In this document: one piece after another, positions 27,424 through 36,472 of the stretch | Numbering within the stretch: position 1 is the stretch's first letter | Layout of the letters: each line of letters starts with the position of its first letter | IMG/VR virus record: IMGVR_UViG_3300020123_000077 | Span: 1-62,711 of that record | DNA from: a virus | Lineage: Duplodnaviria; Caudoviricetes | Reading direction: 5' to 3' (one strand) | Length of the DNA: 62,711 nt | The notes under the pieces: model-generated | Database searches by the model: none | Seen by the model: the letters and a program-made list of their open reading frames with translations, nothing else | What the model was told of the DNA's origin: nothing | Translations under genes and position numbers: made by a program

Positions 27424-29712
27424 TTAAATGAAATTTTTATGCAACACGCCATCGCCATTCGTCAGTTTAATTAACTCAATGCCTTTTGCATGCCTATCAA
27501 GCGCAACATTTGCATAATGCTGGATTGATAAAGTACCTTGCATAGTTTGTGCGTCCCATGCTGGTGAAGCCAAGTAATTCATAGCTCGACTGTAGCGATC
27601 TGATTTAAAAATATCGATAAAGCGTTCTTCAGTAAAATTACCTAAATGAAGCTTTGAATAACGAGCATTAAAGAATAGTCCAGCCGGAGCGACCAATCCG
27701 CTACCACTAATTTGCAATAAAAAATTACAACCATATACCCTATTATATGACGTCTTGTCACCATCCTTTATTTTGTCCCACTTAACAATGACCTTGGTTT
27801 GTTCCGTGCTCATTGCTTCAGCCTGAGACAGTAGACTATACATGTCTTCGTACTTTGAATAATCCACACCAAGAGTATGGGCCTCATCATCACTGCAATG
27901 TTTTATGACTGCATAGTCAACACCAAGATCAACGCCAAGTTTAGCAAAGTCAAGAATCTCATCCTTAAATTCTGGCATCAATACCATCTGGATGCCCAGC
28001 GTGACTTTCAACCCAAGCTTACGTTTGAGATCGACTGCGTACTTGATATGCGACATGGCTCGATCAAACACGTGCGTATGCTCTTTCCCCTTGTACATGA
28101 TAGCTGCGTAGCTTTCTGGACGACCTGCTGCGACAGTGAAGCGCACCCATGACAAGTGCGGAAGTACTTGGTCAATCTTTTCCGGTTCCCACTCCCATGC
28201 ATTCGTCGCGTTGCCGACATCGATACCAAGTTCTGCTGCATGCTGGATGAATGGTACATATGCTTTTGAAAGTGTGCTCTCGCCATCAGAGACGAGCGAC
28301 ACAGCGCGCACACCGATCTCAGCGAAGTCATCCAATAGATTCAGTGCGTGGATCGTCTTGATGTTCGGACGTTCCTGCGGCTCTTGCATCATCGCATAGC
28401 AGTTATGAACAATTACTCCAGATGCAATGAAGTTGTGATGTGGAGAACATTCTAAATCGAAAACTGGTGAACATCCGGCATCGTTGATCGACAAGATTGG
28501 ATGCCACTCAACCACATACTCACTTCTTTTTCCACTTGATTGAAATGTTTTTGCAGAAGATGGTTCTCTATCCATAACACAAATATTTTCCATCCAGCCA
28601 TCGAGTAGTCCAGCATCTCGATGGTCGCCTCCGTTTCTTTGTGCCAATATCGTCCGTGTAGTAATAATGCAATCTTGTTCTTGCCTCTCTCCAAAATGTA
28701 ATCCGGATTCCTGGAGATTCCGCTTTGTGTCTTGTTTATCCAAAATTCTGAATCTCCTGTGTACTTGAATCCCATTGGAGAAATCAGGGTGAATAGTTTT
28801 GCCTCCGTTTTGTTCATCCCATTCTTTACTGCCATTCTTCGATGTGCTGACGTTATTTTCCCCTCTGACCAAGTTTGTTTCATTCGATTCGATGAAACAA
28901 TATTTGCCCCGTTCAATTTGCGCGTTTGAATAACCTTGTTGACTGTTTCCAAATTTTTCATTGGGTTGTTCGCCTTCATGAGATTTGAATACATTTCCCT
29001 TCGCTCTGCGGACATTGGGTTCTTTGGACGAAAACTTCCATTGGCTTGACGTTCTCTCGTCTCCTTTGAAAAGCGCTCTCCATGCTTTTCTGAAAAAGTC
29101 TTTCCAGCTTGAGCGGCTATCTCGGCATTTTTCATTGGATTGTTGGTTTTCATGCGAGCGGATGCTTTCATTTTTTCCGCTGCCGATATTGGAGTTTTCC
29201 TCCCCATCTTCCCAGACTTTATTTGCTCTATCATTTTGAGCCGCATTTTCTGTTTTTCCTCTTCTGATCGAGGGCCGTATCGTGCCAATTAAATCTCCAA
29301 TATCAAGTTTTCCAGCCGCAACCCATCCTTTATTAGTAAGCACAGGATGATCTAATGAACAACGTAAAACATCATTCGCTGTTATTAAAGATATTATACT
29401 CTTACTTGGACTTGTTTCCCAATGTGCCAACACTGTACTTTCACATATGTTGCCATCATTGAAAGATACTACACGATCACCTATGGATATAGCTGACATT
29501 GGCTTTTTAGAGCCATTCGCCATAAGGATTAATTCCTCTGGAGGAATGCAGAAGCTACACATCGCTCCGCAACTTCTTGTCAAAGCCATATCAATCGATA
29601 CTGGCGCGATCTTCTCGCCAGCTTCCCATGATTGAACACGGTCATAGTGATAACCAAGTTTATGCGAGTCAAGAATTAATGTGCCTTCTTTTGTTTTGAT
29701 TGCGTCACTCAT
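27424..29712 (-). CDS. Radical SAM enzyme interrupted by an intein (379 aa after splicing)
   Basis: CGAMCSF|intein|CYAMM rebuilds CxxxCxxC; SDGEST motif; paralogous to 36747-37835. Confidence 0.9.
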   Translation of the reverse strand: MSDAIKTKEGTLILDSHKLGYHYDRVQSWEAGEKIAPVSIDMALTRSCGAMCSFCIPPEELILMANGSKKPMSAISIGDRVVSFNDGNICESTVLAHWETSPSKSIISLITANDVLRCSLDHPVLTNKGWVAAGKLDIGDLIGTIRPSIRRGKTENAAQNDRANKVWEDGEENSNIGSGKNESIRSHENQQSNEKCRDSRSSWKDFFRKAWRALFKGDERTSSQWKFSSKEPNVRRAKGNVFKSHEGEQPNEKFGNSQQGYSNAQIERGKYCFIESNETNLVRGENNVSTSKNGSKEWDEQNGGKTIHPDFSNGIQVHRRFRILDKQDTKRNLQESGLHFGERQEQDCIITTRTILAQRNGGDHRDAGLLDGWMENICVMDREPSSAKTFQSSGKRSEYVVEWHPILSINDAGCSPVFDLECSPHHNFIASGVIVHNCYAMMQEPQERPNIKTIHALNLLDDFAEIGVRAVSLVSDGESTLSKAYVPFIQHAAELGIDVGNATNAWEWEPEKIDQVLPHLSWVRFTVAAGRPESYAAIMYKGKEHTHVFDRAMSHIKYAVDLKRKLGLKVTLGIQMVLMPEFKDEILDFAKLGVDLGVDYAVIKHCSDDEAHTLGVDYSKYEDMYSLLSQAEAMSTEQTKVIVKWDKIKDGDKTSYNRVYGCNFLLQISGSGLVAPAGLFFNARYSKLHLGNFTEERFIDIFKSDRYSRAMNYLASPAWDAQTMQGTLSIQHYANVALDRHAKGIELIKLTNGDGVLHKNFI
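28402..29550 (-). mobile_element. Intein (383 aa)
   Basis: Block A CIPPEELILMANG; block B LRCSLDHPVLTNKGW; blocks F/G VFDLECSPHHNFIASGVIVHN followed by Cys+1. Confidence 0.92.
28452..29288 (-). CDS. Vsr/DUF559-like homing endonuclease with NUMOD3-like repeats, nested out of frame in the intein
   Basis: NNPMK repeats; RNPDY...LHGRYWH...GWKIFVLW; GGAG RBS 6 nt before the TTG start. Confidence 0.8.
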   Translation of the reverse strand: MARYGPRSEEEKQKMRLKMIEQIKSGKMGRKTPISAAEKMKASARMKTNNPMKNAEIAAQAGKTFSEKHGERFSKETRERQANGSFRPKNPMSAERREMYSNLMKANNPMKNLETVNKVIQTRKLNGANIVSSNRMKQTWSEGKITSAHRRMAVKNGMNKTEAKLFTLISPMGFKYTGDSEFWINKTQSGISRNPDYILERGKNKIALLLHGRYWHKETEATIEMLDYSMAGWKIFVLWIENHLLQKHFNQVEKEVSMWLSGIQSCRSTMPDVHQFSI

Positions 29713-29897
29713 GCTATTTTTCTTTCAAGTAGCCACTTGGCAAATTGATGTACATCTTCATCAACAGTTATATTTTCAGATGAATTAATGCTCACATTCA
29801 CATGGTAATTGCTTGCTATGTATGGAGCAACAAGTCTAATTGTCTTAACCATTAAATCAAGCGTTTTATTTTCCTCTTCTTTTTGCTTGTTACTCAT
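29709..29897 (-). CDS. Hypothetical protein
   Basis: ATGA overlaps on both sides. Confidence 0.55.
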   Translation of the reverse strand: MSNKQKEEENKTLDLMVKTIRLVAPYIASNYHVNVSINSSENITVDEDVHQFAKWLLERKIA

Positions 29898-30214
29898 AAT
29901 TGCTTCACCTCAATACCTCTTAATTTTCTTAACGGGCTTTTATCTCCCTGTGATTCCAACCACACCGTAAGTGATGGATCGACATTCTTCTTTAGGCATT
30001 CTTCAAGATCAAGCAATAACCCGCCGCGTTGATTTGCTGGTACGTTTTCACTGAACTCAACCAGAACCTGACCATCTATTTTGGATTCTTTCAACGTGAT
30101 GATTTTTGAGAATTTGCAAATTTCATCTCTGATGACAAGCGCTCTTACAAGTTTATTCTGAGCCAACCATTCTTTGCTTGGCGTAGGAGTTTTTTCAAAT
30201 GCATGGTTAATCAT
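29894..30214 (-). CDS. Hypothetical protein of the sugar cluster (possible radical SAM accessory)
   Basis: Translationally coupled; RGGLLLDLEE...LTVWLE..GDKS.LR. Confidence 0.6.
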   Translation of the reverse strand: MINHAFEKTPTPSKEWLAQNKLVRALVIRDEICKFSKIITLKESKIDGQVLVEFSENVPANQRGGLLLDLEECLKKNVDPSLTVWLESQGDKSPLRKLRGIEVKQL

Positions 30215-32568
30215 TCCAAAATCTCCACAGGTTTAACAATCATTTGCTCATTGAATTCATCTCTTGGTAGAAAGGGAAAGAGATCCTCCAAAGGCTTACT
30301 GACAATCGATCCATCAGGGCGCTTCAGGCTGGACAGACGTGGGATCAATGGCTGATCTGGTGCCATCATGATTTCATAGATCGTTGGTGAATAGCGCTCC
30401 TTGAGTCCGTATAATTCATCCAGCAATTGTTTGTGGTTCTCAATTCTTACGGCTGGAATATCATACGCCTTGGCTATTTTCAATGTGTCAGGAAAACTGA
30501 CGCCACTCGATTCTTCGCTTCCCACCATTCTTCCGAAGTGATTTGCTTGCATGTGTTTGATTGTAAGGTATCCGCCGTTATTCAAAACGAAAATAATGAT
30601 AGGAAGATTTAAATGTTTTATCGTCTGTAGTTCTTGAATATTAAACTGTAATGCGCCGTCTCCGACGATACAGACAGTTTTCTTTCTTCCGCTGGCAAGG
30701 CACGCCCCAATTGCACCTGGTAGTCCATACCCCATCGGCGCATGGCCAGACGCCGTGATCCAGCGTTGATACGCCTTCATCTTCGCAGTTTGGAACGTAG
30801 CAGTAAAGGCCGTACCCATATCTGTGACGACAACCGCATCCCAATATAATTTTTCCGAAAGCTTTTCAATAAAATAGAAACTATTTACGTATTCTTTTTG
30901 TTCTGCGTACTCCGGTAAGACAACTGGATATTTTTGCTTCCATTCAAGACACTGAATCAACCATTTTGATGGCTCATTAATTTCGAAAGGAATCGTCTTA
31001 CGAAGACCATTAATGAATTGTTTTGCATCGCAAACGATGCCGAGATCAACATGTAGAGATGGCTTGACAATTTCAGCCTCGTCCACATCGACCATGACGA
31101 TCTTTGCTTCACGTGCAAACGTCGAGAAGTTATAACCAGTTTGCGGGACGGATAGTCTGCAGCCAACGACAATCAATAGATCGGCATTTTGCACGGTGAA
31201 GTTACCAGCCCGATCACCGAAGATTCCGAAGTGACCAATGTGTTTCTGCTCATTGATCAACAGGTCTGATCCTGTCCACGAAGACAAGATAGGGATATCC
31301 AGATGCGCACACAGCGCACGTAATTCGTTCTGTGCACTGGCCAACCGAACACCGTTTCCAATAACAAGAGCAGGGCGCTTTGCCTCTCTCAGCATCATTA
31401 AGCATTTTTGCACGTTCTCATCCAGCGAGATATTGGATATTTTCGGATGTGGTATTGTTTTGATTGGTACGTCGGTATAGCTATCCAATTCTAATGGATT
31501 GATTTGCTTTGCCTGAATGTCCAGTGGGATATCGACCCAAACCGGCCCCTGCCTTCCTGACCTTGCGATATGAGCGGCTTTTTCCAGTTCGTAGCGGATG
31601 TCTTTTTCATTCATCACTGTGACAGCATATTTTGTAATCGACTTTACCATCGTCACAATATCGGATTCTTGCACGCCGAATTGACGAAGTCCAAGTCCGG
31701 TTAAAAGTGTATCGCGTGTTACTTGTCCAGAGAGATATAGAACAGGAATACTATCGACCCAAGCGCAAGCCACGCCTGTGATAGCGTTTGTCCCTCCGGG
31801 GCCAGTAGTGACAAGAGCGCACCCAATACCGTTAATACGAGAATAAGCTTCAGCAGCCATCGCAGCGCTTTGCTCATGATGCGTCGCCACATATTCAAGT
31901 CCTTCATGTTTTCCAACCGAGTCGCACAAATGCATGGCTCCGCCACCCGATACGGAGAACACATGTTTGATGCCAAGCTTTGCAATGAAGTTGGTAACGT
32001 AGTCGGATACTTTCATGGTCGTTTCTTTTTCAATACTGAAAACATATTCAGCAAGATTGCCAATAGCCATAACAAGCCCATTTGGTTTTTCATGCCATCC
32101 ATCAGTACTTTGAATTCTAAACTGATAGCCCATAAAACTGAATGGCACGTCAGATAATTCAAGCAGCTTCCCTTTATATGGAATCTCGTCCGTTTCAATC
32201 GGCTTACCGGCGCGGCCATACGAATCTTCTTTTCGAATGATATCGCCTTTATCATTCGGTTCTTCAATCTCGATTAACCAGACGCCATTTTCAGAAGTTG
32301 GGATTAAAGAAAACGGATTGATTGCATGACTCTGGTGATAAACACCTTTTGGAATATCCGCAATTTCCAATGGGTTCAACAATCGAGTGCCAGACTCATC
32401 CGTAAACATCAATCCTTCTGTTAAAGGAATGAGACGTGTCCGTTTGTTTGGATGGCAGTGAAATGAAGTGGAATGACCTCTGGCGATGTGCAATATCCAA
32501 ATAGCCACACTATCTGTTTCGTATGCACAGTACTCATAACCCCATCCTTTTTTGACGATGCCTGTCAT
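30211..32568 (-). CDS. Cupin fused to a thiamine-pyrophosphate enzyme (ALS/YerE-like)
   Basis: N-terminal K.WG.E...SFHCHP.K cupin; then HHEQSAAMAAEAY, TTGPGGTNA and GDGALQFNIQEL...NNGG TPP motifs. Confidence 0.9.
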   Translation of the reverse strand: MTGIVKKGWGYEYCAYETDSVAIWILHIARGHSTSFHCHPNKRTRLIPLTEGLMFTDESGTRLLNPLEIADIPKGVYHQSHAINPFSLIPTSENGVWLIEIEEPNDKGDIIRKEDSYGRAGKPIETDEIPYKGKLLELSDVPFSFMGYQFRIQSTDGWHEKPNGLVMAIGNLAEYVFSIEKETTMKVSDYVTNFIAKLGIKHVFSVSGGGAMHLCDSVGKHEGLEYVATHHEQSAAMAAEAYSRINGIGCALVTTGPGGTNAITGVACAWVDSIPVLYLSGQVTRDTLLTGLGLRQFGVQESDIVTMVKSITKYAVTVMNEKDIRYELEKAAHIARSGRQGPVWVDIPLDIQAKQINPLELDSYTDVPIKTIPHPKISNISLDENVQKCLMMLREAKRPALVIGNGVRLASAQNELRALCAHLDIPILSSWTGSDLLINEQKHIGHFGIFGDRAGNFTVQNADLLIVVGCRLSVPQTGYNFSTFAREAKIVMVDVDEAEIVKPSLHVDLGIVCDAKQFINGLRKTIPFEINEPSKWLIQCLEWKQKYPVVLPEYAEQKEYVNSFYFIEKLSEKLYWDAVVVTDMGTAFTATFQTAKMKAYQRWITASGHAPMGYGLPGAIGACLASGRKKTVCIVGDGALQFNIQELQTIKHLNLPIIIFVLNNGGYLTIKHMQANHFGRMVGSEESSGVSFPDTLKIAKAYDIPAVRIENHKQLLDELYGLKERYSPTIYEIMMAPDQPLIPRLSSLKRPDGSIVSKPLEDLFPFLPRDEFNEQMIVKPVEILE

Positions 32569-33113
32569 TTGAAATATCCAATAACTTCCCGCATGAAGTC
32601 ACAGTTATTTTTATAGTGGGGCGCGGTGATCATATTGCCGTCAACCACTACCGGCAGATCCCAATAATAAGCACCAGCATTTTGGATATCGTCCTTAAGA
32701 GATGCGTAGCACGTGGCTTTTATACCACCCATAATTCTTGCTGATATTCCGACCCAAGCCGCATGACAGATCATTGCAACTAATTTATTCGATGCGAACA
32801 TTTCATGGACAAAGTCCAATACCTCTTCTCGCATACGAAGAATGTCAGGGCTTTGGAATCCGCCTGGTATCAACACAACATCATAGTCACTAGCATCCAA
32901 TTCTTCCACGAGCTTTGTGATGCTAAGAGGTACGCCAAACTTTCCGCGAATGACATCCGGACGGCCTTTAACTTCCTTACCCTCCTTGCGCCATGTTCCA
33001 GGTGTGGCTACATCGACATGCCAACCAGCTTCCAGCATGCGATGGTAGGCATATAAGCCCTCCTCATCCTGCCAGCCTTCTGCAATCAGCATAACAGCGC
33101 GAATCATAAGCAT
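32565..33113 (-). CDS. DJ-1/PfpI family protein
   Basis: YDVVLIPGG, AMICHA nucleophile elbow, VVVDGNMIT. Confidence 0.88.
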   Translation of the reverse strand: MLMIRAVMLIAEGWQDEEGLYAYHRMLEAGWHVDVATPGTWRKEGKEVKGRPDVIRGKFGVPLSITKLVEELDASDYDVVLIPGGFQSPDILRMREEVLDFVHEMFASNKLVAMICHAAWVGISARIMGGIKATCYASLKDDIQNAGAYYWDLPVVVDGNMITAPHYKNNCDFMREVIGYFK

Positions 33114-33607
33114 CCAATCATAGAATGAAGAATTGCAAGATGAGATATTTCAACCAAGCCATAATCCATTGAGTCAATCCAGAAATTGACATCACCCATC
33201 TGGCGAAGACGATTATCTTTTCCAAAGCCGGATAATGTGATAATTGGCATGTTGCGAGACTTCGCTTCACCAACAGCGTTCAATATATTGGCCGATCTTC
33301 CAGAGCTTGAGATGGCGACTAACACGTCGCCCGGCTTTGCATACCATTCAATTTGCTTGGAGAATACGTGATCAAAACCGTAGTCATTGGCTACACAAGT
33401 TAGAGCCGATGCGTCATTAAATGCAATCGCTTCTTTTTTCCCGTTCTTACTCCAATCCACTGCCATGTGCGAGGCAATCGCAGCAGATCCACCATTACCG
33501 ATAAAAATAATACGGGTAGCATTTTTAAATAGCAAAACCATTCGTGCAATATCTACGCTTGGCACTTGCGATAATGATGCATTTAGTTGTGCAAAAAATG
33601 GCGTCAT
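33104..33607 (-). CDS. gmhA: Phosphoheptose (sedoheptulose-7-phosphate) isomerase, SIS domain
   Basis: GNGGSAAIASH, ANDYGFDHVF, AISSSGRSANI, VEISH. Confidence 0.88.
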   Translation of the reverse strand: MTPFFAQLNASLSQVPSVDIARMVLLFKNATRIIFIGNGGSAAIASHMAVDWSKNGKKEAIAFNDASALTCVANDYGFDHVFSKQIEWYAKPGDVLVAISSSGRSANILNAVGEAKSRNMPIITLSGFGKDNRLRQMGDVNFWIDSMDYGLVEISHLAILHSMIGCL

Positions 33608-34485
33608 GAAAATACCTCTTCTTCTTTAATTACCACCGTTCCAAAACGACCAACAGAAATGCCGGATGCCTTATTCGCATATCTCATCGCATCAACAAAA
33701 CAGTTCCCACGTGTCAGCGCAACAGCGAAGGCAGAGATCGCCACATCACCGGCACCGCACACGTCGTAGACTTCAATCGCTTCTGTCTTGACATGTGTCG
33801 TACCGCCCGGCGTGAATAGCGTCATGCCATCTGATGCGCGAGTCAATAGAATGGATTTGAAATCACCATCAACCATGAGCTTGTGTGCTTTGACGGATAG
33901 TTCTTCTTCCGATCCCCATCCTCCAACAAGTTCGCGCAACTCATCCAAGTTTGGTTTGATCAAGTCGGCACCGCGATACTTCTCGAATGAGTATCCTTTA
34001 GGGTCAACCAGAATAATTTTATCGAGCGCTTTGGCTTGTTTAATCAAGTCTTGAATATTCGACAGCGCACCTTTTCCGTAATCAGAAAAAACGATGATGT
34101 CGTAATCAGTAAATTCTGGCAGCGATTCAATCTTTGCGGATGGGCGCGATTCGAAATCAATGCGGACTATTTGTTGTTGTTTTCCTATGACGCGCAATTT
34201 TTGCGTCGTGTTCATAGATGAATCGACCCTCAATAAACTATCAACGCAGCCAAGCTTTAATTGAGTGGCGAGGGTTTCACCATATATATCATCACCGACA
34301 ATGGAAAGAAGGCGCGTATTTGCGCCCATTGCTTGGCAGTTCATGGCGACATTTGCTGCAGCACCCGGACGTTGCTCTTCGCGCTTCATCATTACGACAG
34401 GTACTGGTGCTTCTTGCGATAGTTTAGTCACGTCGCCGAAGTAATACCTATCCAACATGGAATCTCCAATTACTAGAATGCTCAT
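33604..34485 (-). CDS. hldA: D-glycero-beta-D-manno-heptose-7-phosphate kinase (RfaE domain I, PfkB fold)
   Basis: VIGDSMLDRY, EAPVPV, GAAANVA, SDYGKG, VDPKG, DVCGAGD. Confidence 0.92.
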   Translation of the reverse strand: MSILVIGDSMLDRYYFGDVTKLSQEAPVPVVMMKREEQRPGAAANVAMNCQAMGANTRLLSIVGDDIYGETLATQLKLGCVDSLLRVDSSMNTTQKLRVIGKQQQIVRIDFESRPSAKIESLPEFTDYDIIVFSDYGKGALSNIQDLIKQAKALDKIILVDPKGYSFEKYRGADLIKPNLDELRELVGGWGSEEELSVKAHKLMVDGDFKSILLTRASDGMTLFTPGGTTHVKTEAIEVYDVCGAGDVAISAFAVALTRGNCFVDAMRYANKASGISVGRFGTVVIKEEEVFS

Positions 34486-34884
34486 GCCGCTGTTCCCATT
34501 AACATTTCCCCCGTCATGATTTTTGTGGAGCTATACTTAGGCGTATTGATAAATACAACGCGACCACCAAGCGATTCAACCAAATCCTGCTCTGGCAATT
34601 TATCTTTGTACTCTATGCCTTTCGCATAGATCGCTGGCTTTATATTCAAGATAGCCTGTTCCGCACTATCCGAGATGATGACCCTGTTCACACAACGGAG
34701 TGCCATTAACATGTCACGTCGAATTGATTGGTTAAATAATGGGCGATTCGGCCCTTTATTTACATTACCATCAGAAGTGACTGATACAACCAAAATATCC
34801 CCTAGTTCTTTTGCTGCTTCAAGATAAGATAAATGTCCGAAATGATATAAATCAAAAGCAGCCGTGACATAGAACTACACGCAT
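34482..34884 (-). CDS. hldC: Heptose-1-phosphate nucleotidyltransferase (RfaE domain II); needs a +1 frameshift near 34855
   Basis: AGGAGG RBS and ATG give MRVVLCHGCF then TGA; the +1 frame continues DLYHFGH...LVVSVTSD...KGPNRP...YAKG.EY...YSSTKI. Confidence 0.8.
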
Positions 34885-35537
34885 GTCACACCTCCTTTCG
34901 ATTTTAAACGGCCCATATCCTTGACAGGATCTAGAAGCGCCTTTTCTATAGGCCATCCAGCAGAAAGACGACGTCCAAGTGTGGTACGCTTTATGTTAAA
35001 TTTTTTTGCGAATTCTTTCATACAAAGCGTTTCACCTTGATATGTCAGAAATAAATTACTTGATCTATTCCTTGCTTGCTCTGTATCTGTAGCCCATCTA
35101 CAATTTGATGGCTCGTAATTACCATTGTTATCTTTGCGATCTAGTGTCATACCAGCCGGTCTTTCTCCCATATCTGCCAAGAAATTTTCGAAACTGGCAA
35201 TCCATCTATCACATATAGTAATTCCACGACCGCCATAATTAGAATATTGGCGATGTTTTTTATTTAAGCATCTAGTCTTCATTCCAGAATATGTTCTATA
35301 TGTTTCGGAGTTTGATTTACCATGAGTCTTATTATTTTCACCGGCCAAGCATCCACAAGATCTGGTGCCGCCCCTAGTAAGCATTGCACCTTGAGTTACA
35401 ATCTCTTTTCCGCAATCGCACAAGCATCTCCACATCCTTTTTCCGGATTTGAAGCCGACATCCTCTATGGCGATAAGTCTTCCATAGCGCATGTTTGAAT
35501 GGTCGATTCTTTTTATCAAGACAATGCCTCCATCCAT
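34875..35537 (-). CDS. HNH-type homing endonuclease
   Basis: YGRL...WRCLCDCG...SCGC; YGGRGITICDRW; TLDRKDNNGNYEPSNCRWAT..Q.RN. Confidence 0.85.
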   Translation of the reverse strand: MDGGIVLIKRIDHSNMRYGRLIAIEDVGFKSGKRMWRCLCDCGKEIVTQGAMLTRGGTRSCGCLAGENNKTHGKSNSETYRTYSGMKTRCLNKKHRQYSNYGGRGITICDRWIASFENFLADMGERPAGMTLDRKDNNGNYEPSNCRWATDTEQARNRSSNLFLTYQGETLCMKEFAKKFNIKRTTLGRRLSAGWPIEKALLDPVKDMGRLKSKGGVTCV

Positions 35538-36472
35538 GGCTTTGTTTCTTCCGCAATGGCTTCAGGCGTCCATACAGTTTGATTTTTCCATTCGTCCAGA
35601 TGTTCAAGCATCTCTGCAACGCCATCTTCGAATTTAATTTTTGGTTTCCATCCAAGCGCCATCTTTATTTTTGTGCAATCAGCATAAATTTCTTTTGGTT
35701 CCCCCGGTCTACTAGGAATATAAATACGCTCACCGCCAATTAAGCCAGCCAAATAATTAACGGATACGCCAATTTCAGCGCCGACATTATAGGCATATCC
35801 AGGTATCGCAGATCTTACGGATTCCGCAGCAAGAATAAATGCTGCGCATACATCGCTAACATGAACGAAGTCACGGGTTTGTGTGCCATTTCCGACAATC
35901 GTCAACGGCTTCCCATTTGCGCGTTGTGCCATGAATGTGGAAAACACGGAGCCATAGCAACTTTTATACTGCCCACGCCCGTATACATTAAATAGCCGTA
36001 ATGATACAACTGGAATGTCGTATACTGCGTCCCAATGCATTGCCGTTCTCTCTCCCATTAATTTTGATAACGCATACGGATATTCTGTTTTTAATTGAGA
36101 TGATTCTGAGGTTGGTAGATTTGGGCATTTACCATAACAAGAACTACTAGCCGCATAGACAAATTTTTTCACGCCAGCTTTACGCGCCGCCTCAAGCACA
36201 TTGATTGTTCCCATGACATTTGTGCTCATATATTCAACAGGATTGGCGATAGACGGCACAATATCCGCAAGTCCCGCAAGGTGAAAGCAATACGTGGCAT
36301 CTTTCATTGCAAGATCAAGTGATGCAAGATCGGTACGGATATCTTGGCCGCATTTCAGATCGAAACCACGAACTTCATAACCATTGTCTTCAAGATGTTT
36401 GACCAAGTATTTTCCTATAAATCCACTTGAGCCGGAAATAAATGCGATGGGTTTTGTCACAGCAGCACCCAA
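35516..36472 (-). CDS. NAD-dependent nucleotide-sugar epimerase/dehydratase (extended SDR)
   Basis: GSSGFIG, ASSSCYG, YALSK, NVYG, RDFVHV. Confidence 0.92.
   Translation of the reverse strand: MGAAVTKPIAFISGSSGFIGKYLVKHLEDNGYEVRGFDLKCGQDIRTDLASLDLAMKDATYCFHLAGLADIVPSIANPVEYMSTNVMGTINVLEAARKAGVKKFVYAASSSCYGKCPNLPTSESSQLKTEYPYALSKLMGERTAMHWDAVYDIPVVSLRLFNVYGRGQYKSCYGSVFSTFMAQRANGKPLTIVGNGTQTRDFVHVSDVCAAFILAAESVRSAIPGYAYNVGAEIGVSVNYLAGLIGGERIYIPSRPGEPKEIYADCTKIKMALGWKPKIKFEDGVAEMLEHLDEWKNQTVWTPEAIAEETKPWMEALS

Noticed and set aside
34482-34793. ORF-track 103-aa version of hldC
   Set aside because: It lacks the HIGH-type motif (HFGH), which is encoded upstream of this start.
34860-34877. TAG read-through or alternative genetic code fusing the HNH gene to hldC
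   Set aside because: The frames are continuous, but other genes end normally at TAG, and the AGGAGG-ATG start gives the more canonical MRVVLCHGCF N-terminus.
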